In this document: in pieces, positions 34,612 to 46,167 of the stretch
How the letters are laid out: each line of letters opens with the position of its first letter
Position numbering within the stretch: the first letter of the stretch is position 1
DNA from: Ranitomeya imitator
Taxonomy: Eukaryota
DNA: 64,000 nt
Assembly: GCF_032444005.1 (NCBI RefSeq)
Contig: NC_091285.1
Location: 424,390,001-424,454,000 of the forward strand
Direction: 5' to 3'
The notes under the pieces: generated by a model
Databases searched by the model: none
Told to the model about the DNA's origin: nothing
Seen by the model: the letters and a program-made list of their open reading frames with translations, nothing else
Position numbers and translations under genes: made by a program

Positions 34612-36016
34612 TTTAAAAAGATTTTTGTACTTACCGTTAAATCTCTCGTAGCTTTCATTGGGGCACATAAGAAACTATGGGTGTAAGCTGCCGCCACTGC
34701 CAGGAGGAGGTTGACACAAAGACTTAAAACTAAGAAAAAAGTTAGCTCCTCCCCATCAGGTGAGGGAAAGCAGTAAGAGAAGCAGAGAAGATCTTCATTA
34801 ATAAACAAACTCGGCCAACGAAGCAACATCAACCAAGGGGTGAGTGAGAAATTTTGTGGCAAGTAGGAAAAAAATCCTTTCTCCCAGCTGCATTCAGCTA
34901 CATGCAGCCGCCAGGCAGGTTAGTAATGCTATTAACCTGCAGATTAACCCCATATCTGCAGGTTAATAGTGTTATTTCTGCTGACCGGTTTCCTTTAAGG
35001 TGGAAGGAAGAGACAACCTTGCGAAGAAATAAAGGCACCGGACACACTACCTCCTAGTCCAAGTGAAGGACAAGGAACAAAAAAGAGCGACAGGACAGGG
35101 CCGCTGGTTCAAATACTCACCTAATAGAAGTGAATATTGATCAGGAACACCCACCTTCTGGGGAAATGCTTTGGATTGGTTTAAAGGGAGGGCGCATAAA
35201 AGTGCTGAGGGACAGATTAAAGTCACAAGGATCCAAAGGAGGGCCACAGCCTCAAAAGTCTTGACTTGTGGCTTGGAAACAAAGTCCTTTTGAAAGGGAA
35301 AGCTGATGGCTAAACCGGACTCGAGACCCAAAAGTCGAGATCATTGAATTCACACCAGTGGAAAAGGACCATCCAAGTATGATGATAGATACGCAATGAG
35401 GATGGCTTCTGATGCTTGATCTTAGTCTGTACACCTTGGGCTCTTAGAACTGCGGCTTCAACAACCATGCTATTAAATTGAGCAGCTGAGAATTTGGGTG
35501 GAAGATGGGGACCTTGGAGAGAAGGTCTGTTTTGTCCGGGAGACTACACTGAACGTCTGTTGGAATGTTGACCACTTCCATGTACCATGATCTGGGTCTG
35601 TCCAGAGTCACCAGGTGTGAATGTAGTGATGAGCGAGTATACTTGTTGCTTGGGGTTTCCCAAGCACGCTCTGGTGGTCTCCGAGTATTTGTAAGTGCTC
35701 GGAGATTTAGTTTATGTTGCCTCAGCTGCATGATTTACGGCTGATAGACAGGTTGAATACATGTGGGGATTCCCTAGCAACTAGGCAACCCCCACATGTA
35801 CTCAGTCTGGCTAGCAGCTGTAAATCATGCAGCTGAGGCAAAGAAAACTAAATCTCCGAGCAGTTACAAATACTCGGAGACCACCCGAGCGTGCTTGGGG
35901 AATCCCGAGCAACGAATATACTCGCTCATCATTACTAGAATCCTTCTGACCTGGTCTTCAGAAGCCTGTGTTATAGATAAAGGGAGAACTGGGACCAAGG
36001 AATCGCCAGGGTGTCG
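34612..36016 (-). mobile_element. DIRS element 4 relic: right terminus, YR fragments and MT end
   Basis: The minus strand gives DTLAIPWSQF, LPDKTDLLSKVPIFHPNSQLLNLIAWLL, KVVSSFH and a right-ITR-like end (...GCCCCAATGAAAG...ACGGTAAGTAC). Small Kolobok remnant at about 34880-34997. Confidence 0.8.
35624..35934. mobile_element. Fold-back MITE with TAGTGATGAGCGAG termini
   Basis: Almost entirely self-complementary; its terminus resembles the hAT relic TIR at 10197-10212. Confidence 0.8.
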
Positions 36017-36170
36017 CAGTGTTCTCCAACTCCAGTCCTCAAGAGCCACCAACAGGTCATGTTTTCAGGATTTCCTTAGTGTTTCACAGGTGATGGAATT
36101 ATTGCCTGTGAAGGTGATGAAATTATCACCTGGGAAATACTAAGGAAATATTGAAAACATGACCTGTTAC
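36017..36170. mobile_element. hAT-type MITE, left part (right part at 55179-55208)
   Basis: CAGTGTTCTCCAACTCC... is the same family as the intact 55610-55795 copy; broken at ACATGACCTGTT by the CR1 tail. Confidence 0.85.
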
Positions 36171-38743
36171 ATAGTAACTTAGTTAAGGTTGAAGGAAGAC
36201 TTTAAGTCCATCTCATCTAGTTCAACCCATAGCCTAACCTAACATGTTGATCCAGAGGAAGGCAAAACAAAACCCATGTGGCGAATAGTAAGCTCCACTT
36301 TGGGGAAAAAAAATTCCTTCCCGACTCCACATACAGCAATCAGACTAGTTCCCTGGATCAACGCCCTATCAAGGAATCTAGCATATATACCCTGTAACAT
36401 TATACTTTTCAAGAAAGGTATCCAATCCCCTCTTAAATTTAAGTAATGAATCACTCATTACAACATCATACTGCAGAGAGTTCCATAGTCACACTGCTCT
36501 TACAGTAAAGAACCCTCGTCTGTTATTATGCCTAAACCTTCTTTCCTCCAGACGTAGAGGATGCCCCCTTGTCCCTGTCTCAGGTCTATGATTAAAAAGA
36601 TCATCAGAAAGGTATTTGTACTGTCCCCTCATATATTTATACATTAAAATAAGATCACCCCTTAGTCTTCGTTTTTCCAAACTAAATAGCCCCAAGTGTA
36701 ATAACCTATCTTGGTATTGCAGACCCCCCCAGTCCTCTAATAACCTTGGTCACTCTTCTCTGCATCCGCTCCAGTTCAGCTATGTCTTTCTTATACACCG
36801 GAGACCAGAACTGTGCACAGTATTCTAAGTGTGGTCGAACTAGTGACTTGTATAGACGTAAAATTATGTTCTCCTCATGTGCATCTATGCCTCTTTTAAT
36901 GCATCCCATTATTTTATTTGCCTTTGTAGCAGCTGCCTGACACTGGCCACTGAATGAGTTTGTCATACACCCAGGTCTTTTTCATTGACAGTTTTGCCCA
37001 GAGTTTTAGAATTTAGCGCATAGTTATACATCTTATTACTTCTACCCAAGTGCATGACCTTACATTTATCCCCATTAAAGCTCATTTGCCATTTATCAGC
37101 CCAAGCTTCTAGTTTACATAAATCATCCTGTAATATAAAATTGTCCTCTGTATTGATTACCCTGCAGAGTTTAGTGTCATCTGCAAATATTGAAATTCTG
37201 CTCTGAATGCCCCCTACAAGGTCATTAATAAATATGTTAAAAAGAAGGGGGCCCAATACTGACCCCTGTGGTACACCACTGCTAACCGCGACCCAGTCCG
37301 CGTTTGCTCCATTAATAACCACCCTTTGTTTCCTATCCCTGAGCCAGCTCTTAACCCACTTACACATATTTTCCCCTATCCCCATTATTCTCATTTTATG
37401 TATCAACCTTTTGTGTGGCACCGTATCAAAAGCTTTTGAAAAGTCCATATACACTACGTCCACTGGGTTCCCTTGGTCCAGTCCGGAACTTACCTCTTCA
37501 TAGAAGCTGATCAGATTAGTCTGACAGGAACGGTCCCTAGTAAACCCGTGCTGATACTGGGTCATGAGGTTATTCCTCTTCAGATACCCCAGTATAGCAT
37601 CCCTTAGAATGCCCTCCAGGATTTTAGCCACAGTAGAGGTTATGCTTACTGGCCTATAATTTCCTAGTTCAGTTTTTGTCCTCTTTTTGAATATTGGCAC
37701 CACATTTGTTATACGCCAGTCCTGTGGTACAGACCCTGTTCTTATGGAGTCTTTAAAGATTAAAAATAATGGTCTATCAACGACTGTACTTAATTCCTGC
37801 AGTACTCGGGGGTGTATCCCATCCGGGCCCGGAGATTTGTCAATTTTAGTGATTTTTAGACGCCGACGTACTTCCTGCTGGGTTAAGCAGGTGACATTTA
37901 ATGGGGAATTTTTATCACTAGTCATTTTGTCTGCCATGGGATTTTCTTGTGTAAATACTGATGAAAAAAAGTCATTTAGCATATTGGCTTTTTCCTCAGC
38001 CACCATTTCACCCAGACTATTTTTAAGGCGGCTAACACTATCATTTTTTAGTTTCTTACTATTTACGTAGTTAAAGAATATTTTGGGATTTTTTTTACTC
38101 TCTCTGGCAATGAGTCTCTCTATCTCAATCTTTGCTGCCTTGATTTGCTTATTACAGAATTCATTTAATTGTATTTATTTAATGCCTCATCACTACCTAC
38201 TTCCTTTAATTCTGTAAATGCTTTCTTTTTGTCACTAATTGTGCCCCTTACAGCTCTATTTAGCCATACTGGTTTCCTCCTATTTCTAGTATTTTTATTC
38301 CCATATGGTATATACTGTGCACAGGTCCTATCCAGGATGCTAATAAATGTCTCCCATTTTCTTTGTGTATTTTTATGTCTCAGGATATCGTCCCAGTTAA
38401 TTGCACCAAGATCCTCTCTCATCCGTTGGAAATTTGCCCTCCTGAAGTTTAGTGTCCTTGTAACCCCTCTACTACACATCTTATTAAAGGATACATGAAA
38501 ACTTCTTATTTTGTGATCACTATTCCCCAAGTGACCCCCAACCCTTATATTTGCTATGCGGTCTGGCCTGTTGGTTAATATTAGGTCTAGCAGTGCCCCC
38601 CTTCTTGTTGGGTCCTGAACCAATTGTGAACGGTAATTGTGTCTCATAGTTGTCAAAAACCGATTACCTTTGCTGGAACTGCAGATTTCCGTTCCCCAAT
38701 CTATTTCAGGGTAGTTGAAGTCCCCCATAATAATGACTTCCCC
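36171..38743 (-). mobile_element. CR1-clade LINE, 3' part (EN C-terminus, RT, 3'UTR, TACTATGT-type tail)
   Basis: GEVIIMGDFNYPEIDW, KSPGPDGIHPRVL, NYRPVSITS, QHGF, DFSKAFDTV, GVPQGSVLGP, FADDTKL, LRGDLI; tail at about 36171-36185. Confidence 0.95.
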
Positions 38744-38747
38744 TTAA

Positions 38748-39293
38748 CCCCTTTCTGACATCGGACGTACTATCCCGTCCATGTGGGGTGGGCCCCTATG
38801 ACCATGGACGGGATAGTACGTCCAGCGCGATCGGCGGCGCTCACGGGGGGAGCGCCGCCGATCGCGGCCGGGTGTCAGCTGCCTATCGCAGCTGACATCC
38901 GGCACTATGTGCCAGGAGCGGTCACGGACCGCCCCGGCACACCGCGATCAAAGATGATCGCGATGTGCCGGCGGTACAGGGAAGCTTCCCGCAGGGAGGG
39001 GGCTCCCTGCGGGCTTCCCTGAGCCCCCCGCAGCAACGCGATGTGATCGCGTTGCTGCGAGGGTCTCACCTCCCTCCCTGCTCCCTCCAGCCCCGGATCC
39101 AAGATGGCCGCGGATCCGGGTCCTGCAGGGAGGGAGGTGGCTTCACAGTGCCTGCTCAGAGCAGGCACTGTGAAGGCTGCAGCACTGTAAGTCAGATCAG
39201 TGATCTGACAGAGTGCTGGGCAAACTGTCAGATCACTGATCTGTGATGTCCCCCCCTGGGACAAAGTAAAAAAGTAAAAAAAAAAAAATTTCA

Positions 39294-39324
<31 letters not shown>

Positions 39325-42300
39325 TATTCCAAAATAATGAAAAAAAAAAAAAATATTATTCCCATAAATACATTTCTTTATCTAAATAAAAAAAAAAAAA
39401 ACAATAAAAGTACACATATTTAGTATCGCCGCGTCCGTAACGGCCCGACCTATAAAACTGGCCCACTAGTTAACCCCTTCAGTAAACACCGTAAGAGGAA
39501 AAAAAAAAAAACGAGGCAGAAAACAACGCTTTATTATCATACCGCCGAACAAAAAGTGGAATAACACGCAATCAAAAAGACAGATATAAATAACCATGGT
39601 ACCGCTGAAAACATCATCTTGTCCCGCAAAAAACGAGCCGCCATACAGCATCATCAGCAAAAAAATAAAAAAGTTAGTCCTGAGAATAAAGCGATGCCAA
39701 AATAATTATTTTTTCTATAAAATAGTTTTTATCGTATAAAAGCGCCAAAACATAAAAAAATGATATAAATGAGGTGTCGCTGTAATCGTACTGACCCGAA
39801 GAATAAAGCTGCTTTATCAATTTTACCAAACGCGGAACGGTATAAACTCCTCCCCCAAAAGAAATTCATGAATAGCTGGTTTTTGGTCATTCTGCCTCAC
39901 AAAAATCGGAATAAAAAGCGATCAAAAAATGTCACGTGCCCGAAAATGTTAAAAATAAAAACGTCAACTCGTCCCGCAAAAAACAAGACCTCACATGACA
40001 CTGTGGACCAAAATATAGAAAAATTATAGCTCTCAAAATGTGGTAACGCAAAAAATATTTTTTGCAATAAAAAGCGTCTTTCAGTGTGTGACGGCTGCCA
40101 ATCATAAAAATCCGCTAAAAAACCCGCTATAAAAGTAAATCAAACCCCCCTTCATCACCCCCTTAGTTAGGGAAAAATTAAAAAAATGTATTTCCATTTT
40201 CCCATTAGGGCTAGGGTTAGAGTTAGGGCTAGGGTTAGGGCTAGGATTAGGGTTAGGGCTAGGGCTACAGTTTTGGGTTGGGGCTAAAGTTACAGTTAGG
40301 GTTTAGATTACATTTACGGTTGGGAATAGGGTTGGGATTAGGGTTAGGGGTGTGTCAGGGTTAGAGGTGTGGTTAGGGTTACTGTTGGGATTAGGGTTAG
40401 GGATGTATTTGGATTAGGGTTTCAGTTATAATTGTGGGGTTTCCACTGTTTAGGCACATCAGGGGCTCTCCAAACGCGACATGGCGTCCGATCTCAATTC
40501 CAGCCAATTCTGCGTTGAAAAAGTAAAACAGTGCTTCTTCCCTTCCGAGCCCTCCCGTGTGCCCAAACAGGGGTTTACCCCAACATATGGGGTATCAGCG
40601 TACTCAGGACAAATAGGACAACAACTTTTGGGGTCCAATTTCTCCTGTTACCCTTGGGAAAATACAAAACTCGGGGCTAAAACATATTTTTTGTGGGAAA
40701 AAAAAAGATTTTTTATTTTCACGGCTCTGCGTTATAAACTGTAGTGAAACACTTGGGGGTTCAAAGTTCTCACAACACATCTAGATTAGTTCCCTGGGGG
40801 GTCTAGTTTCCAATATGGGGTCACTTGTGGGGGGTTTCTACTGTTTAGGTACATTAGGGGTTCTGCAAACGCAATGTGACGTCTGCAGACCATTCCATCT
40901 AAGTCTGCATTCTAAATGGCGCTCCTTCCCTTCCGAGCTCTGCCATGCGCTCAAACGGTGGTTTCCCCCAACATACGGGGTATCAGCGTACTCAGGACAA
41001 ATTGGACAACAACTTTTGGGGTCGAATTTCTCCTCTTACCCTCGGGAAAATACAAAACTGGGGGCTAAAAAATAATTTTGGGGGGAAAGATTTTTTTTTT
41101 TAATTTTCACGGCTCTGCGTTATAAACTGTAGTGAAACACTTGGGGGTTCAAAGCTATCACAACACATCTAGATGAGTTCCTTAGGGGGTCTAGTTTCCA
41201 AAATGGTGTCACTTGTGGGAGGTTTCTACTGTTTAGGTACATTAGGGGCTCTGCAAATGCAATGTGACACCTGCAGACCATTCCATCTAAGTCCTCATTC
41301 CAAATGGAGCTCCTTCCCTTCCGAGCCCTCCCATGCGCCCAAACAGTGGTTCCCCCCCACATATGGGGTATCAGCGCACTCAGGACAAATTGGACAACAA
41401 ATTGTGGGGTCGAATTTCTCCTGTTACCCTCGGGAAAATACAAAACTGGGGGCTAAAATAATAATTTTTGTGGGAAAAATTTTTTTTTATTTTTACGGCT
41501 CTGCATTATAAACTTCTGTGAAGCACTTGGTGGGTCAAAGTGCTCACCACACCTCTAGATAAGTTCCTTAGGGGGTCTATTTTCCAAAATGGTGTCATTT
41601 GTGGGGGGTTTCAATGTTTAGGCACATCAGTGGCTCTTCAAACGCAACATGGCGTCCCATCTCAATTCCTGTCAATTTTGCTTTGAAAAGTCAAACGGCG
41701 CTCCTTCCCTTCCGAGCTCTCCCATCCGCCCAAACAGTGGTTTACCCCCACATATGGGCTATCAGCGTACTCAGGACAAATTGTACAACAAGTTTTGGGG
41801 TCCAATTTCTTCTCTTACCCTTGGGAAAATAAAAAATTGGGTGCGAAAAGATAATTTTTGTGAAAAAATATGATTTTTTATTTTTACGGTTCTACATTAT
41901 AAACTTCTGTGAAGCACTTGGTGGGTCAAAGTGCTCACCACATCTCTAGATAAGTTCCTTAGGGGGTCTACTTTCCAAAATGGTGTCACTTGTGGGGGGT
42001 TTCAATGTTTAGCCACATCAGGGGCTCTCCAAACGAAACATGGCGTCCCATCTCAATTCCAGTCAATTTTGCATTGAAAAGTCAAATGGCACTCCTTCGC
42101 TTCCGAGCTCTGCCATGCGCCCAAACAGTGGTTTACCCCCACATGTGGGGTATTGGCATACTCAGGACAAATTGTACAACAATGTTTGGGGTCCATTTTC
42201 TCCTGTTACCCTTGGTAAAATAAAACAAATTGGAGCTGAATTAAATTTTTTGTGAAAAAAAGTTAAATGTTCATTTTTATTTAAACATTCAAAAAATTCT

Positions 42301-42868
42301 TGTGAAGCACCAGAAGGGTTAATAAACTTCTTGAATATGGTTTTGAGCACCTTGAGGGGTGTAGTTTTTAGAATGGTGTCACACTTGGGTATTTTCTATC
42401 ATATAGACCCCTCAAAATGACTTCAAATGAGATGTGGTCCCTAAAATAAAATGGTGTTGTAGAAATGAGAAATTGCTGGTCAACTTTTAACCCTTATAAC
42501 TCCCTAACAAAAAAAAAATTTTGGTTCCAAAATTGTGCTGATGTAAAGTAGACATGTGGGAAATGTTACTTATTAAGTATTTTGTGTGACATATCTCTGT
42601 GATTTAATTGCATAAAAATTCAAAGTTGGAAAATTGCGAAATTTTCATAATTTTCGCCAAATTTCCGTTTTTTTCACAAATAAACGCAGGTACTATCAAA
42701 GAATTTTTACCATTGTCATGAAGTACAATATGTCACGAGAAAACAATGTCAGAATCACCAGGATCCATTGAAGCGTTCCAGAGTTATAACCTCATAAAGG
42801 GACAGTGGTCAGAATTGTAAAAATTGGCCCGGTCATTAACGTGCAAACCACCCTTGGGGGTAAAGGGG
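38748..42868. mobile_element. Non-autonomous piggyBac-type element (copy 3)
   Basis: TTAA at 38744-38747, CCCCTTT start, AAGGGG end (following TTAA decayed), TTAGGG-like array at about 40200-40430, 5 or more ~390-bp units. Confidence 0.9.
40435..42560 (+). repeat. Tandem ~390-bp units inside piggyBac-N copy 3
   Basis: The anchor CTA(G/T/C)TTTCCAA recurs at 40803, 41191, 41577 and 41968 (spacing 388, 386, 391). Confidence 0.9.
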
Positions 42869-43219
42869 TAAAAAAGTTGTCCACTACTATAAAGTTTTTT
42901 TTTTTTTTTCATAAATCTTGCTATTATGTGCCACTGAAAACATCTACTGTGTTTATTTTAGCAATATTACCTATTATCATGCTGTAGCAGCACATCTTCA
43001 GTGCTGGATTCAGCTCTCATGGGGTTAATCGACAACTTCCTTATTGTGCCCTAATACTACAAGTTCCATGATGCTTTGCACTGCCACTAAGCTAGAACCT
43101 ACCACACCCACTCCAAAAACACACCCAAACCCCTCCCTCCTCTCTCTTCAAAAAGATGTGTGGTGTCATTTCTGTCCACCTCCTCTTTTACATTTGTCCA
43201 ACCCACACTCCATTACACA

Positions 43220-43375
43220 TAGATAGATATTAGATAGATAGATATTACATAGATAGATATTAGATAGATATGGGATAGATAGATAGATATTAGATAGATA
43301 TTAGATAGATAGATAGATATTACATAGATATTAGATAAATATGGGATAGATAGATACATACAGATATATCTATTT
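43220..43375. repeat. Compound (GATA)n microsatellite
   Basis: TAGA repeats interrupted by TATTAGA/TACA. Confidence 0.9.
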
Positions 43376-43655
43376 CCATAGATATGTCCATATCCATGTT
43401 TCTAAACCCCTTCACCCCTGGAGCTTTTTTCGTTTATTGCTCCCCTTCTTTCCAGAGCCATAATGTTTCCGTCAATATGGCCATGTGAGGGATTTTTTTT
43501 TGTGGGACAAGTTCTACTTTTGCACGACACCATTGGTTTTACCATGTCGTGTAACAGAAAATGTGAAAAAAATTCAAAGTATGATGAAATTGCTAAAAAG
43601 TGCAATCCCACACTTGATTTTTGCTTGCCTTTTTGCTAGGTTCACTAAATGCTAA

Positions 43656-44168
43656 GACTGTGTGCACATGTTGCGGATTTGATTGCAGATCTGCAGCGTT
43701 TTTTGCCGCACAGAATTGCATTAAATCCGCAGTGTAGTGTACAACCAATGTAAGTCTATGGGAGCCGCAGACTTGTTGTGCACATGCTGCGGAAAAGGCC
43801 ACACCGAAACGCAGCTTTTTTTTTTTCTCCGCAGCATGTCACTTCTTTTGTGCCGAACTGCAGCGTTTCTGCTCACTTACGCCGGGATCACACTACAGCG
43901 AGATACGGCCAAGTCTCGCAGGTTAAAACCAAGTTCTGGCACCGGCACTCTGGAGCGGAGCGTGCGGCCGCACAGCAATACGTGGAGCCGCACGCTCCGC
44001 TCCGGAATGCCGGTGCCAGAGCTTGTATTTAACCTGCGAGACTCGGCCGTATCTCGCTGTACTGTGACTCCGGCCTTACACTTTCATTGAGATGTAAAAA
44101 ATATCTGCAGTTTTGCTGCGGATGTGGGTCCGAGAAATGCTGCAGTTCAAGAGGAGGGAAGTGTGTGG
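43656..44168. mobile_element. Harbinger-like MITE left arm (same family as 18638)
   Basis: TAA-GACTGTGTGCACATG..., colinear with 18638-18980. Confidence 0.75.
43880..44075. mobile_element. Small fold-back Harbinger-like MITE nested in the previous MITE
   Basis: TTA on both sides (43877-43879, 44076-44078) and long inverted arms (TACAGCGAGATACGGCC). Confidence 0.88.
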
Positions 44169-44169
44169 G

Positions 44170-45870
44170 CGGTGACCAGGGCCGGACTGGCCATCGGGCA
44201 CTTCTGGCAAATGCCAGTAGTGGGCCGCTGCACTCTTTCCCCCCTACTCCCGCCAGTGCCGCCGCCGCATTCAACTATACCGGCGTCTATGACGCCAGTA
44301 TAGTTCAATGCAATGATGGAGGAGAGAGCGTCCGCTGACGCTCCCTCTCCCATCATTCCCCGCTCTGCCTCTGACACTGCGGGTGCGTGATGACATCATA
44401 TCATCGCACACCTGCTGTGTCCCGGGCAGACTGCAGCCGCCGAGACAGGAGCAGCGCGGGCAAGAGGAAAGGTGAGGAGAGTGTGGAGCCATTATCGCGG
44501 GGATGAGATGTGGGCTGTGCTGTGTATACCACTGTGTGGGCTGTGCTGTGTATACCACTGTGTGGGCTGTGTATATACCACTGTGTGGGCTGTGTATATA
44601 CCACTGTGTGGGCTGTGTATATACCACTGTGGGCTGTGCTGTGTATATACCACTGTGTGGGCTGTGCTGTGTATATACCACTGTGTGGGCTGTGCTGTGT
44701 ATATACCACTGTGTGGGCTGTGCTGTGTATATACCACTGTGTGGGCTGTGCTGTGTATATACCACTGTGTGGGCTGTGCTGTGTATATACCACTGTGTGG
44801 GCTGTGCTGTGTATATACCACTGTGTGGGCTGTGTATATACCACTGTGTGGGCTGTGCTGTGTATACCACTGTGTGGGCTGTGCTGTGTATACCACTGTG
44901 TGGGCTGTGTAGTGTATATACCACTGTGTGGGCTGTGCTGTGTATATACCACTGTGTGGGCTGTGTATATACCACTGTGTGGGCTGTGCTGTGTATATAC
45001 CAGTGTGGGCTGTGCTGTATGTACCACTGTGTGGGCTGTGCTGTATGTACCACTGTGTGGGCTGTGCTGTGCATGTACCACTGTGTGGGCTGTGCTGTGC
45101 ATGTACCACTGTGTGGGCTGTGCATGTACCACTGTGTGGGCTGTGCTGTGTATGTACCACTGTGTGGGCTGTGCTGTGTATGTACCACTGTGTGGGCTGT
45201 GCTGTGTATGTACCACTGTGTGGGCTGTGCTGTGTATACTACTCCGCGGGCTGTGCTGTATATACTACTACGCGTGTTGTGCTGTATATACAACGACCCG
45301 GGCTGTGCTGTATACTACTACGCGGGCTGTGCTATATACTATGCAAGTTGTGCTATATTATATGCGGGCTTTGATATATACTATGGGAGGTATATTATAT
45401 TCTATGGGGGAGGCCGTGTTATATACTATGTGGCTGTGTTATATACTATGTGGCTGTGTTATATACTATTGCGGGGGTATATTCTATTCTATGGGGGAGG
45501 CTGTCTTATATACTATGGGGGGTATATTATATTCTATGGGGGAGGCTGTCTTTTATATACTATGGGGGCTATATTATATTCGATGTGGGCTACATTATAT
45601 ATTATGGGAAGGTGGGCTGCATTATATTCTATGGGGGGCTGTATTAGATTTTATGAGGGATGATTGCATCATACTCTTTGATGGGGCTGCATTATATTCT
45701 ATGGGGAGGTGGGCTGCATTCTATTCTATTCGGGGCTACATTATCTATGGGGGCTGTATTATATTTATATTCTATGAGGGGTGATTGCATCATACTCTAT
45801 GGGGGGCTGCATTATATTATTTGGGGGGTTACATTATACTCTGGGGTGGCTGCATTATACTCAGCAAATT
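44170..45870. mobile_element. hAT-like non-autonomous element (CAGGGCCGGACTGGCC start) carrying large minisatellites; right end not seen
   Basis: A CAGGGCCGG terminus abruptly replaces the MITE sequence at about 44170. Confidence 0.5.
44510..45850. repeat. Compound minisatellite: 28/26/23-bp GGCTGTGCTGTGTATATACCACTGTGTG units grading into ~21-bp GGGGCTGCATTATATTCTATG units
   Basis: Directly visible tandem array; source of many spurious ORFs. Confidence 0.95.
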
Positions 45871-46167
45871 CAGATGTAAGGCCGGCGTCACACTTGCGAG
45901 TTTTACGGATGTAAGAGCGCAGAAACTACGTCGGTAAAACTCGCAAAAAATACGGCACAATTATTCTCTATGCCCCTGCTCCTATCTGCCGTATTAAACT
46001 GATCAGTATTATACGGCTTTCTACGGCCGTAGAAAATCGCAGCATGCTGCGTTTGTCACCGTATTGCGCAAATAAAGCGTCAATAAAAGTCTATGGAAGC
46101 CCCCAAAATACGGATTACACGGACCAGCAGTGTGACTTACGAGGAATACGCAGCGCTGTTAGAGAGA

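Noticed and set aside
40200-40430. True telomere or chromosome-fusion scar
   Set aside because: The array is degenerate, single-orientation and found at the same internal position in three TE copies.
44271-45784. Long ORFs of 200-424 aa on both strands
   Set aside because: They are translations of the minisatellite (repeating HSPHSG/CVYHC peptides), with no sign of a real protein.
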